Source of the DNA: an uncultured archaeon
Lineage (GTDB): Archaea; Aenigmatarchaeota; Aenigmatarchaeia; Aenigmatarchaeales; DAIDAN01
Assembly: GCA_964545795.1 (NCBI GenBank)
Contig: CAZJGC010000004.1
Coordinates: forward strand, 1-56,779
DNA length: 56,779 bases
Direction of reading: 5' to 3'
Made by a program: the position numbers and the translations under genes. Positions 31,262 through 40,833 of this stretch are shown piece after piece (positions within the stretch are counted from its first letter, which is position 1; each line of letters begins with the position of its first letter). Under the pieces are notes generated by a model, which ran no database searches, was not told the origin of the DNA, and saw only the letters and a program-made list of their open reading frames with translations.

Positions 31262-34045
31262 TTAAGACCAAAAACGCTTTGTTTTGATGAAGTTTTTCTC
31301 TGCTTCAAGAACAAGCTTAAACAGGTCGTCTTCGGTTTTGTACGGCTTGGCTAATAACCGTGTTGCAGTGTCAGGGCCGATGCCGCGTCCTGCCAGACAG
31401 ATTGCGGCATTCCTTCCTGAATTAAGGGCAAGTTCTGCAGTCCATTTTATTCTCTCAAGTTTTTTCTTTTCTTCTTTTGTAAGCGAAGAACCTTTAAGGT
31501 TTTTCTTTATCAAATCCTGAGCTTCAGATTGATACGGATTGACAATGGCTATCAGTTTGGATGAACACTTTGGGCATCTCAATTCATCAATGTCTTTTAC
31601 ATTTTTTGTAATAGAGTATTTTCCGCAGTTTACGCATATTAACCTAAGTTTGGTGTTGAGTATTCTTTTTTTGAAAATTCTGAATATTTCTGCTTCTGGT
31701 CTGGACGGCTTTGCAATATCCTGAAATTCATACCTGAATCCTATTTCTGCCAGCGTGCTGAATCCTTTTATTATAGAAATTTTCTTTGGATAGAGTTTCA
31801 TGCTTTTTTCAATGTCAAGTTTTTCAAAAAACAGTTCTCTGAGAGTTTCGTCAAATATTGGAGTGTTCCAGTAAGTGTCAATAATTCTGTCAATCTTTAC
31901 TTTGTCAAATTTTGCATTTCTTGTTATTGCTCCGAATCTTTTTGCAACAGCGATAAATTTCCATTTGAAAAGAGATGTTCTTAACAGGCTTTTTTCAAGC
32001 AATGGTTGTATGTCTTCAGGTTTATAGGTTTCAAAAACATTTTTCACGTCTTCTGCTTTGCAGCCTTTGAATATAATCCTGTACGGGTCTACTCTTGTTG
32101 CAATGGCGGAACCATATTTTGCAGACAGTACAGTGGAGACAAATCTTGAGAATGTTTCGTTAACCTTTGTGCCAAGGCAGGAGTGCATAACAACATATTC
32201 TTCGCTTCCTTGCGGTGTTTCTATAAAACCAGATTCAATAGTGAAATTGTCAGGAACTTTATATTTCTTTGCATGTCTTCTTATGAGTTCAATCATTTTT
32301 CTGCACGCTTCCGCGTTTACAGGATATTTGCTCATTATTTCTTCTGAAAGTCTTTCATTATGCAGGTTTTCTTCTATAAACTTTCTTAATTCAAGAACTT
32401 CGTTTGCTATTGAAAACGGTATTGGTATAAGTTCTCCTTCCCATGACGGAATTGTAGATGTTATATCGTTTATTGCATCAACATAAATTTTATTTCCGTC
32501 AACCGATACTATTTTCCATGCGCGCCCTTTTACAATAAAATTGGTTCCATCTTCGTGCGTTGCTATGAACTGTTCATCTATAGAGCCGACAGCCTGGTTT
32601 GTTGCAATATCTATTACTTTGTATTGATATGAGTCTGGTATTGTTGATAAATTTGAAAAATAGTAGTCAAATGCTTTTCTTCTTCTCTTTATCTGATTTT
32701 TGTCAATCCAAATTAGTTTGAGTTCTGACAGGAAATTCAATAATTTCTGGAATTCTCTTTCTGTAAGTTTTGAAAACGGCTCGGCTTTTTTTACAATCTC
32801 CTTTATTTTTTTGGAATCTATGCCATATTCACTCATGCATAGTCCTACTATCTGGTGAGCCAGTACATCTAACGGTTTTTTATGCATCATTACTTCTTCA
32901 AGTTCTCCAGCCAATGTTTTTCTGGCTATTACCGCAGATTCAAAAATATCATCATCTTCGCCTGTTATTATTATGCTTTCTGATATTCTTCCTATGCCAT
33001 GCCCGCTTCTTCCTGTTCTTTGCGTGAATTTTGAGACCTGTCTTGGAGACATATATTGTATGACAAGGTCTATAGAGCCTATGTCTATACCGAGTTCAAG
33101 AGAAGATGTTGCTATCAAAGATTTCAGTTTCTCTGTTTTAAAGTCATTCTCAGCTTTTATTCTTGCATCTTTTGATAGCGAAGAGTGGTGTATGTCATGC
33201 GGAAAGGCGTTGTCATAAAGTCTTAACCTTGAAGAAAGCACTTCTGCAGATTCGCGGGTATTTGTAAATACAAGCACTGACCTGTATGACTTCATAAGGT
33301 CATAAATGCGCAGCAGCCTTGCCGCAACTTCGGGACTTATAAAAAGCTTTTCTGCCACGCTTTTTTCAGTTGTTCCGCATACAGTTGATTCTACTGATAT
33401 TTTCATTTGCTTGTCTGAATCAACCTTTATTATTTTGTCGCAACCAATAAATTTTGCTGTATCCTCGGGCGAGCCTATTGTAGCGGAAATTGAGATTAAT
33501 TGAAAATTTCCGCACAGCATTCTTAAACGCTCCAAGCCAAGCGTAAGTTGCGCCCCTCTTTTGCTCTCTACAAGTTCATGAAGTTCGTCAACAATGACGT
33601 ATTTCACATTTGAGAGATGTTTTCTCATATTGCTTCCTGTCAGTATTGCCTGCAGAGTTTCGGGCGTAGTAATCAGGATATGGTCAGGGTGCTGGGATTG
33701 CATTTTTCTTTCATAAGGAGTTGTATCGCCATGCCTTATGGATATTGAAATATCAAGTTTGTTTGCCCACCATATTAATCTCTCAAACATATCTCTGTTG
33801 AGGGATTTCATTGGAGTTATATAAAGCAGGGAAATCGGTTTTTCATTTTTTATTTTTGAGAAAAGCCCAAGCATTGCGGATTCTGTTTTTCCCATGCCTG
33901 TTGAAGCAATAATCAGGCAATTCCTGCCTTTGAGCACTTCTGGTATTGTGGCTTCCTGTATTGGCGTTGGTTTTTTGAATCTTTTCTTTGCAAGTTCTGC
34001 CACTTTCTCATCAAGCAGGTCAAATATATTTTCTATTTTTTTCAT
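31262..34045 (-). CDS. lhr: Lhr-like SF2 helicase with C-terminal Zn finger
   Basis: STGMGKT, ITTPETL, VDELHE, SAT, ATSSLELGID, QRTGRSGH, CVNC/CPKC. Confidence 0.92.
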   Translation of the reverse strand: MKKIENIFDLLDEKVAELAKKRFKKPTPIQEATIPEVLKGRNCLIIASTGMGKTESAMLGLFSKIKNEKPISLLYITPMKSLNRDMFERLIWWANKLDISISIRHGDTTPYERKMQSQHPDHILITTPETLQAILTGSNMRKHLSNVKYVIVDELHELVESKRGAQLTLGLERLRMLCGNFQLISISATIGSPEDTAKFIGCDKIIKVDSDKQMKISVESTVCGTTEKSVAEKLFISPEVAARLLRIYDLMKSYRSVLVFTNTRESAEVLSSRLRLYDNAFPHDIHHSSLSKDARIKAENDFKTEKLKSLIATSSLELGIDIGSIDLVIQYMSPRQVSKFTQRTGRSGHGIGRISESIIITGEDDDIFESAVIARKTLAGELEEVMMHKKPLDVLAHQIVGLCMSEYGIDSKKIKEIVKKAEPFSKLTEREFQKLLNFLSELKLIWIDKNQIKRRRKAFDYYFSNLSTIPDSYQYKVIDIATNQAVGSIDEQFIATHEDGTNFIVKGRAWKIVSVDGNKIYVDAINDITSTIPSWEGELIPIPFSIANEVLELRKFIEENLHNERLSEEIMSKYPVNAEACRKMIELIRRHAKKYKVPDNFTIESGFIETPQGSEEYVVMHSCLGTKVNETFSRFVSTVLSAKYGSAIATRVDPYRIIFKGCKAEDVKNVFETYKPEDIQPLLEKSLLRTSLFKWKFIAVAKRFGAITRNAKFDKVKIDRIIDTYWNTPIFDETLRELFFEKLDIEKSMKLYPKKISIIKGFSTLAEIGFRYEFQDIAKPSRPEAEIFRIFKKRILNTKLRLICVNCGKYSITKNVKDIDELRCPKCSSKLIAIVNPYQSEAQDLIKKNLKGSSLTKEEKKKLERIKWTAELALNSGRNAAICLAGRGIGPDTATRLLAKPYKTEDDLFKLVLEAEKNFIKTKRFWS

Positions 34046-34167
34046 GTTTCATCACTGAAGAATATATAACAGCGTTATATATTTAACAATAAATTTATTG
34101 CTACTATGTATAATAAACCAGAACTTTAAAAAGGTTTTTAATATATAATCTTTATATTTTAGTATAT

Positions 34168-34358
34168 GCCCTCGTAGCTCAGTTTGGATAAATGCTTTTC
34201 TTGCTGTGCGCAGGAAAAGATTTTCTATAAAGAGCACTTGCCTCCTAAATAGAGGCAATCTATAAATTAAGAAAATATTTGGAGAGAGCAAGGGGTCGCG
34301 CGTGAGTATTTAAACTCCGCGAATTCGAAACAACGCAAAAGTCGCGTCGAGGGCGCCA
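34168..34358 (+). tRNA. tRNA-Arg(CCT) with four apparent introns
   Basis: Acceptor GCCCTCG/CGAGGGC-G-CCA; anticodon arm CTTGC-CT-CCT-AA-GCAAG; inserts at ~34190-34230, 34248-34286, 34303-34323 and 34330-34341. Confidence 0.85.
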
Positions 34359-34395
34359 ATAATTACTTTAAATATTTTCTATGTAAATTAATTAC

Positions 34396-34863
34396 ATGAG
34401 CAAAATCAGAATATTGTGTCTTGTAATTGTTGTTTTGGTTTCTGGATTTTTTGTAATGACTGCGAAAGCTGCATATAAAGACAATTATGTTAATGTGAAT
34501 ATTTTAAAGGTAGTGGGGAAAACAATTGTGGTAGGAAATAATTGCACTGCAATATTTGCTGAAACCTCTCCGGAAAGGGCTGTTTCTATATTGTTTGGTC
34601 TTGAAAATTACATAAACCAAAGGCCAAATACGCATGACAGTTTTGCGCAGGTTCTAAAGAGTTTTGGAATTAAAGTGAAGCGGGTTGATATAAATAGTTT
34701 TGATGGAAGGTTTTATTATTCTGACATAGTTTTGCAGAACAATAAAAAACAATTGAAACTTGATATAATGCCTTCAGATGCAATAGCCCTTGCTCTAAGA
34801 ACAAATGCAGAAATTTATATAAATGAAACTTTCTTAAAAGAATCAGGACAGAATATATGTTGA
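34396..34863 (+). CDS. Bifunctional nuclease family (DUF151) protein with N-terminal signal/anchor
   Basis: RPNTHD, DIMPSDAIALALRT..IYI motifs; hydrophobic N-terminus. Confidence 0.8.
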   Translation: MSKIRILCLVIVVLVSGFFVMTAKAAYKDNYVNVNILKVVGKTIVVGNNCTAIFAETSPERAVSILFGLENYINQRPNTHDSFAQVLKSFGIKVKRVDINSFDGRFYYSDIVLQNNKKQLKLDIMPSDAIALALRTNAEIYINETFLKESGQNIC

Positions 34864-34868
34864 TAAAT

Positions 34869-35165
34869 ATGGCTAAGAAGGCAGTTAAAAAACCAGTTCA
34901 GATTGTATTGACAGAAGAACAGACTATTTTGTCAAGGGAGCGGACAATGCTGTCTCATATACGAACAGGGCTTGCTTTTATAGGTGCTGGGCTGATTGTT
35001 GTAAAGTTTTTTTCTCAAGTATATTATCAGGGCGTGGGAATTCTTTTGATGATAATAGGTTTTTTTGAGGTAATTTCCTCATATAAAAAACTCTATGATT
35101 ACAACAAAAAGATAAAGTGCCTGAAAAAATATGTTAAGAAAAATATTATTGATGATTTGGAGTAG
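34869..35165 (+). CDS. DUF202/YidH family small membrane protein
   Basis: LSRERTMLSHIRTGLAFI followed by two TM segments. Confidence 0.85.
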   Translation: MAKKAVKKPVQIVLTEEQTILSRERTMLSHIRTGLAFIGAGLIVVKFFSQVYYQGVGILLMIIGFFEVISSYKKLYDYNKKIKCLKKYVKKNIIDDLE

Positions 35166-35705
35166 TTATTCAAAGTCTATTTTTACTAAAATTTTATTAA
35201 TGCCGTTTTCTGCAATTGTTTTTAATTTTTCTATTTTTATGTGCCTTGTAACTATTTTTTGGGTTGGTATTATCTCTATTTTGGTATTTCCTGTTTTTCT
35301 GTACCATAATTCAATATATAGATTGTTGCCTTTTTTTCTTTCTTTTATTATGCTTTTCGTGTCTGTTTGCCCAACTTCAAAAGTTTCGTTTCCTGATAAG
35401 TAAAACCATTTTTCTGTGAATTTAGGTTTGTAGAGGGTTTTATATTCTATCCATCTGTCTGTTGCATTTTCTTTTATTTGCAAAATTCCGTCAAGGTTAT
35501 AATCTATAGTTTCGTAACCTCCAAATTTTGCAATGCGTTGTATTTTTGAATCCAATTCTCTTATAAAGTGTTCTGCTATGTTTTTTTTCGCGGTGTCGTT
35601 GCTGTCTTCAAAAATAGGCAATGCCCAGAAATATGCTGCGAATATCATTATTATAAGTATTAAAAACATCAATATGAAATTTAATACTTCAGACTGCGCT
35701 TTCAT
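35166..35705 (-). CDS. Type IV pilin-like protein (class III signal peptide)
   Basis: MKA|QSEV followed by a long hydrophobic helix. Confidence 0.7.
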   Translation of the reverse strand: MKAQSEVLNFILMFLILIIMIFAAYFWALPIFEDSNDTAKKNIAEHFIRELDSKIQRIAKFGGYETIDYNLDGILQIKENATDRWIEYKTLYKPKFTEKWFYLSGNETFEVGQTDTKSIIKERKKGNNLYIELWYRKTGNTKIEIIPTQKIVTRHIKIEKLKTIAENGINKILVKIDFE

Positions 35706-35752
35706 AAATAATAATTAATTATAGATAATATAAAACTGAAATAAGTGGATGA

Positions 35753-35787
35753 TAAACCTTTTTTAATCTCCCAGACCATCTTTATTT
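35753..35787 (+). promoter_or_regulatory. Conserved BRE/TATA-like leader shared by all four pilin cassettes
   Basis: AAACCTTTTTTAATC-C-rich-ACCATCTWTATTT-ATG, repeated with few changes before 39368, 41838 and 56272. Confidence 0.7.
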
Positions 35788-36798
35788 ATGAAAGCAATAT
35801 CCGCAATAATAGTTGTTGTTCTCTTGTTGCTAATTTCCATTTCTCTAATCTCTGTTGTTTATGTATGGTCTTCTGCCCTTACAGGAACAGTGACATCAAC
35901 AACAGAGGAGACAACATCAGAACTTACAAAGCAGTTGTCAGGCTGTTTGAAGATAGATGCAATATCCAAAAACCAGATATACTTAAGAAACTGCGGAAAA
36001 GGCGTTATCACAAACAATTCATTGTCGGTATTCATAGATGACGTGAAGGTGGGACACTCTGTTGAAGAGATAGGAGAAGACCAGACAGGAACAGTAAACA
36101 TATCAGGTTTGTGGAAGTTTTCCATGGACAGGCACAACCTGAAATTAACAAACGGGGCTGCCTTTGTCCAAGCACTGATAGAACTGGAGCCTAACAAAGA
36201 TGGTCTGGTTGGTTATTGGGATTTTGACGAAGGTTCAGGCAACAAAGTTTATGACAAGTCAGGGAATGGAAATGACGGCGAACTTAAGAATGGTGTAGTC
36301 TGGACAGCAGGAAAGTTTGGCTCTGCTTTGAGTTTTGACGGAACAGATGATTATGTTGATGCGGGAACAGGAATAAATATTGCCAGCAAGAGTTTTAGTT
36401 TAGTTGCATGGGCAAAAAGAGATTCTATTGATACAGTTGATTATATATTTGGTCAGGGAACTACAAGTACTAATCATGGTTTGCATTTTGGATTTAGAAG
36501 CACTAATGTATTTACATTTGCTTTTTATTATAACGATTTAGATACTCCAAATGCATATACAGACAACAACTGGCATTTATGGGTAGGAACTTATGATGCA
36601 ACTACAAATGAAAGAAAAATATACAGGGATGGAGTTCTTGTTGCAAGCGATACTGCATCAGCAGATTATCAGGGAACAGGGACATTATACATAGGAAGAG
36701 CGACATGGGGAGACTATTTTGATGGAACAATAGACGAAGTCCGGATCTGGAACAAAGCCTTAACTCCAGACCAGACAGTTGTTATGAAAATGGTTTGA
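35788..36798 (+). CDS. Pilin-anchored LamG/ConA-like lectin domain protein, cassette copy 1
   Basis: MKA|ISAII class III signal; LVGYWDFDEGSG..YDKSGNGNDG; ALSFDGTDDYV; FDGTIDEVRIWNKALT. Confidence 0.9.
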   Translation: MKAISAIIVVVLLLLISISLISVVYVWSSALTGTVTSTTEETTSELTKQLSGCLKIDAISKNQIYLRNCGKGVITNNSLSVFIDDVKVGHSVEEIGEDQTGTVNISGLWKFSMDRHNLKLTNGAAFVQALIELEPNKDGLVGYWDFDEGSGNKVYDKSGNGNDGELKNGVVWTAGKFGSALSFDGTDDYVDAGTGINIASKSFSLVAWAKRDSIDTVDYIFGQGTTSTNHGLHFGFRSTNVFTFAFYYNDLDTPNAYTDNNWHLWVGTYDATTNERKIYRDGVLVASDTASADYQGTGTLYIGRATWGDYFDGTIDEVRIWNKALTPDQTVVMKMV

Positions 36799-36842
36799 AG
36801 TTGTAGCAACGTTTTAAATATTTTATAAATAATTAATTAAGT

Positions 36843-37589
36843 ATGAGAAATGAAAAAAATCTTATTCCTATGCTTGCGATTTTAATGGCTGTTGCATTTT
36901 TGCTTGGCATGTTTTCGTCATCTTATTTTTTAAAAAACAGATATGTTGTAACTCTATACAATGTAAAGGAAGTTGCGCGGGATAATTCAAGCGCTGAAAT
37001 ATTCCTGCCTGCAATAGACAATGATGGAAACGGCGTTGTGTTGAAACTTTCTGTTTTTGCCAAACCTGGCAACAATGAGATATTGACAAATATAGACAAA
37101 CTCCTGTTCTGGACTGATACTCAACAGTCTATACAAATAGCAAGGGATATAGCAAAAAATTTTACAAATACATGTTGCTTTGATATTGTTTATAAAATAG
37201 ATGATACTAATGCTACAGTTGTCGGTGGGCCTTCAGCGGGTGCAGCATTTGCAATAGCAACAATATCTGCTTTTAGCGGCAAAGAATTGAATAAGTCTGT
37301 TGCCATAACAGGAACAATAAATCCTGATGGAAGCATAGGGCAGGTAGGAGGCGTTAAAGAGAAGGCTGAAGCCGCAAAAAAGCATGGAATAAAACTTTTT
37401 CTTGTGCCTGAAGGGCAGTCAGTTGAAAAGCGCCTGAAACCTGTTGAGAAATGCATAGAAAGAGAAAGTTTTTCATATTGCGAAATAAGATATAAAGAAG
37501 TGGAAACAAACATATCAGAGGCAGTGGGAATAGACATAAGAGAAGTTAAAAATATAAACGAGGCGGCAAAATATTTTTTCAGTGATTGA
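36843..37589 (+). CDS. Membrane-anchored Lon_C (S16) serine protease
   Basis: GGPSAG catalytic Ser; ITGTINPDGSIGQVGGVKEKAEAA with catalytic Lys. Confidence 0.88.
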   Translation: MRNEKNLIPMLAILMAVAFLLGMFSSSYFLKNRYVVTLYNVKEVARDNSSAEIFLPAIDNDGNGVVLKLSVFAKPGNNEILTNIDKLLFWTDTQQSIQIARDIAKNFTNTCCFDIVYKIDDTNATVVGGPSAGAAFAIATISAFSGKELNKSVAITGTINPDGSIGQVGGVKEKAEAAKKHGIKLFLVPEGQSVEKRLKPVEKCIERESFSYCEIRYKEVETNISEAVGIDIREVKNINEAAKYFFSD

Positions 37590-37590
37590 T

Positions 37591-37905
37591 ATGGAAGCAA
37601 AAATTTTAGTTCTTGTTATAGTACTTTTCCTTATAGGAACTCTTTCTTATCAGTTGTTGGAAGGCTGGACATGGATTGATTCATTATATTTTTCCGTAAC
37701 AACTCTTACAACAATTGGTTATGGAGATTTGCATCCTACAAATGACGTATCAAAAATATTTACGATATTTTATGTGATTGCGGGCATATCCATAGTTCTT
37801 TATGTTCTTTCAAACCTTCGTCAGGATTTCATAAAAATTGAAGAAAGAATAGAGAGGCATATCAGAAAGAGTCAGTATAATGCAAAGAGAGGAAATAGGA
37901 AATGA
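37591..37905 (+). CDS. Two-TM potassium channel (Ion_trans_2)
   Basis: TLTTIGYGD selectivity filter between two TM helices. Confidence 0.92.
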   Translation: MEAKILVLVIVLFLIGTLSYQLLEGWTWIDSLYFSVTTLTTIGYGDLHPTNDVSKIFTIFYVIAGISIVLYVLSNLRQDFIKIEERIERHIRKSQYNAKRGNRK

Positions 37906-38513
37906 CAATAAAAATTATAGGCACATCTCATATTTCTGCCAAAAGCATTAAAGAGGTTGAAGAAACAATTTCAAATACAAAACCATCCTGCGTTGCGGTT
38001 GAATTGTGTCCTGCAAGATTTTATGCGCTTAGTTCAGGCAGGCGGGAAAAAACCGGATTTAGACATGGGGCGCTTATATGGCTTTTTTCATGGCTTCAGA
38101 AAAAACTTGGAGAACAGACAGGCATACTCCCAGGAAGCGAGATGCTTGCTGCTGTTAAAACTGGGAAAAAAATTGGCGCAAAAATAGTTCTTATAGACAA
38201 GAACATAGAAGATATAATTTTATCTCTCAAAAAAATTCCTGTTAAGGAAAAAGTTAAACTCTTTTTAAGTTTGTTTTTAATGCCTTTTGCAGCAAAGATA
38301 AAGAGCACTGAAATAACAGAAGATATTATTGATGATTTGTTAAAGGAAATGAAAAGGCACTTCCCTGTTCTATACAAAGTATTGGTTCATGACAGGAATA
38401 TATATATGGCAAAATGGGCGAGGCGGCTTGAAAAAGAGTTTGGAGATGTTGTTATTGTTGTGGGTCTTGGGCATAAAAAGGGTATTGAAAAGATATTGCT
38501 TAAAGATAAATAG
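37902..38513 (+). CDS. TraB/PrgY family protein
   Basis: IIGTSHIS, VAVELC..R, PGSEM..A, LVHDRN.YM, VVGLGH..GI. Confidence 0.88.
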   Translation: MTIKIIGTSHISAKSIKEVEETISNTKPSCVAVELCPARFYALSSGRREKTGFRHGALIWLFSWLQKKLGEQTGILPGSEMLAAVKTGKKIGAKIVLIDKNIEDIILSLKKIPVKEKVKLFLSLFLMPFAAKIKSTEITEDIIDDLLKEMKRHFPVLYKVLVHDRNIYMAKWARRLEKEFGDVVIVVGLGHKKGIEKILLKDK

Positions 38514-38533
38514 ATTTGCCTGTACATAAAAAT

Positions 38534-38752
38534 ATGGTAAAAGATAAAGAATCAGTTTATGTGGATTGTGCAATCAAAGGACGGTATTGCCTGTGGCGCG
38601 AATTCAGTCCGTGTTCATGCCCTCTGATAGCAGAAAAAATAAATAGCGGAACGCCTGAGATTCAATGCATTGTATTTGACATAAATTTATTGGATAATGG
38701 GGCTAATGTTAGATATTATGGATTTAATAAAATTAAAAAATATAAAATATAG
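38534..38752 (+). CDS. Small Cys-containing hypothetical protein
   Basis: Fills the gap between co-oriented genes; no recognised motif. Confidence 0.35.
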   Translation: MVKDKESVYVDCAIKGRYCLWREFSPCSCPLIAEKINSGTPEIQCIVFDINLLDNGANVRYYGFNKIKKYKI

Positions 38753-38768
38753 AAGGATAGGGTAGGGT

Positions 38769-39320
38769 ATGAGATTCGGAATTAATGAAATGCGGGATTT
38801 GTGCATATCTGTGCTTGTTCTTGGTTTTGCATTTAATCTTGCTTTTACTTCTGGAAGCATTTATTTTCTTCCTGCAACTATTTTTATTGTTGCTGTTGTT
38901 TTTGCTTTGCATGAACTTGGGCATAAGTTTACTGCTCAGAAATTTGGATGTTTTGCTGAATATAGAATGTGGCCATATGGTCTTGTTATAGCTCTGGTTT
39001 TTTCATTTTTTGGAGTTATTTTTGCTGCTCCTGGCGCTGTTTATATTTCCTGTCTGCATCTGACAAGAAGACAGAATGGTTTAATAAGCTTGTCCGGGCC
39101 TGCTGTTAATATTCTGTTAGGCTTTTTGTTTCTGTTATTGTCATGGGTTTATGCGCCATTATCTGCAATTTTCCTGCTTACAGCAAGAATATCAGTTTTT
39201 CTTGCATTTTTTAACCTTATTCCCTTTAGTCCATTGGATGGTTCAAAAATTTTTGCATGGGATAGAAATGTCTGGATAATTGCTGTGATTTTGTCAGTTC
39301 TTGGTTTAATTATTATATGA
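38769..39320 (+). CDS. Site-2 protease (M50) family membrane metalloprotease
   Basis: HELGH, SGPAVN, FNLIPFSPLDG. Confidence 0.92.
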   Translation: MRFGINEMRDLCISVLVLGFAFNLAFTSGSIYFLPATIFIVAVVFALHELGHKFTAQKFGCFAEYRMWPYGLVIALVFSFFGVIFAAPGAVYISCLHLTRRQNGLISLSGPAVNILLGFLFLLLSWVYAPLSAIFLLTARISVFLAFFNLIPFSPLDGSKIFAWDRNVWIIAVILSVLGLIII

Positions 39321-39367
39321 AATAATTATCCATAAACCTTTTTTAATCCCACAAACTATCTATATTT

Positions 39368-40327
39368 ATGAAAGCAATCTCCGCAATAATAGTTGTTGTT
39401 CTTTTATTGTTAATTTCCATTTCTCTAATCTCTGTTGTTTATGTATGGTCTTCTGCCCTTACAGGAACAGTAACATCAACAACAGAGGAAACAGCCACAA
39501 GAGTTACTGAAAGTTCGGCAGGAGTTATAAGAGTAGATTCTGTTCACGGGCATAGCATTTATCTAAAAAATATTGGAACAGGAGATTTATCGGATATCAG
39601 GATTTTTATAGATGATAATCCGGTAATTGTATCAAAAATTCTTGTTGAGGGCATTGAAGCAGATAAAATTCCTGAAGGAAAATTAGGCGAGGTTGTAATT
39701 AATGTTACAGGAGTGCCCATAAACGATAGAATGAAATTGAAAGTGTTGGCGTCTGGTTCTGCTTCGCAAACAGTTTTTATAGAACCAATGGAAAATCTTA
39801 TTGACAATCCTGGTTTTGAGGATGGTGTTTGGAGTAATGCTGGGGATTGCTGCTGCGGAGCATGTTCTTGTAATGGCGGAACATGCACATCAATTCCCGG
39901 AGGTTCAGGATGCGGAAGTTATGCAATACCTCCTTCTGGCGGTTGCAATGCTTTGTTTACAGCATTTACAGCCGGCGGTTACGAGGGAAAATCACTAAAT
40001 CTTACAGGAGCAAATGCCTGCGCCTGCAATGCAATGGGCATGAATAATTTCCAACCCGGAAAAACGTATACACTTAGTTTCAGGTATAAACATATTCGCG
40101 GCAATGGCGCATGGTTCTGCGTATGGGTGTCAGGATGCAATAACTGCAAACCTGTGATTCCAACTGGAACATTAACATCAACTTCATGGGATAGTTATAC
40201 TATCACTTTCAAGCCAGAACCATGCACTACCAATTTGAGTCCATTTTTTTATTCAGGGGGCACATCTGAAGTATCTGAAAATCTTTATGACAATATATAT
40301 TTGATAGAAGGGTTTAGAATGGCTTAG
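39368..40327 (+). CDS. Pilin cassette copy 2 with a Cys-rich carbohydrate-binding-like head
   Basis: First ~42 codons shared with the other copies; then a different stalk and NLIDNPGFE...YTLSFRYK...YDNI (CBM4/9-like) with 14 Cys. Confidence 0.82.
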   Translation: MKAISAIIVVVLLLLISISLISVVYVWSSALTGTVTSTTEETATRVTESSAGVIRVDSVHGHSIYLKNIGTGDLSDIRIFIDDNPVIVSKILVEGIEADKIPEGKLGEVVINVTGVPINDRMKLKVLASGSASQTVFIEPMENLIDNPGFEDGVWSNAGDCCCGACSCNGGTCTSIPGGSGCGSYAIPPSGGCNALFTAFTAGGYEGKSLNLTGANACACNAMGMNNFQPGKTYTLSFRYKHIRGNGAWFCVWVSGCNNCKPVIPTGTLTSTSWDSYTITFKPEPCTTNLSPFFYSGGTSEVSENLYDNIYLIEGFRMA

Positions 40328-40335
40328 GTGATTTT

Positions 40336-40830
40336 GTGAACGATATTTATGAAAATTATGGTATCAGGCAAAAGAGTTATAAAAAACAGGTTTTGGTTTT
40401 GATAGCAGTTGTTTTTTTAGTATTTTTCTTGTTTCTCTTGTTAAAAGGAAAAAATATTGAAACCAACCAAGCAGAAGCATTTGAGCGCAATGCAAGCCAT
40501 GCTACGAACTATGCTGTGAATAGCAGTTCTGAGTCAGGGGTTTCTGGTTCAGAAATTAATTTTTCTTATCAGTATATAAATAATGAATTTGTTTTTTATG
40601 TTAATAGCAGCAGGGCAGTAAGCACTATAGAAGTGTTTATTGATGGAGATAAAATAAATTATAATATTGTGGATGGAAAGTTGCCTATGCAGGAAGACAG
40701 TTCAGTAACTTTTAAAATAGATAAGCAGATGTGCGATAAAGAGCATGAAGTCAAACTTAAAACAGAGTTTTCAGAAAACAAGATAATTACAGAACCTCTT
40801 GTTTGCGCAAATCTTATAGCAAAGAAGTAA
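40336..40830 (+). CDS. Membrane-anchored hypothetical protein
   Basis: GGTGA RBS, GTG start, single TM, beta-rich C-terminus. Confidence 0.65.
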   Translation: MNDIYENYGIRQKSYKKQVLVLIAVVFLVFFLFLLLKGKNIETNQAEAFERNASHATNYAVNSSSESGVSGSEINFSYQYINNEFVFYVNSSRAVSTIEVFIDGDKINYNIVDGKLPMQEDSSVTFKIDKQMCDKEHEVKLKTEFSENKIITEPLVCANLIAKK

Positions 40831-40833
40831 GAT

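Noticed and set aside
27670-34045. Inteins or inactivation in PolB and Lhr
   Set aside because: Lengths are normal and catalytic motifs are intact and contiguous.
34052-34291. 79-aa minus-strand ORF
   Set aside because: Overlaps the intron-containing tRNA-Arg and its promoter; no protein features.
35745-36197. Repeated alternative-frame and antisense ORFs (also at 41771, 41909, 56270, 56343)
   Set aside because: They recur only because the underlying pilin cassette DNA is repeated.
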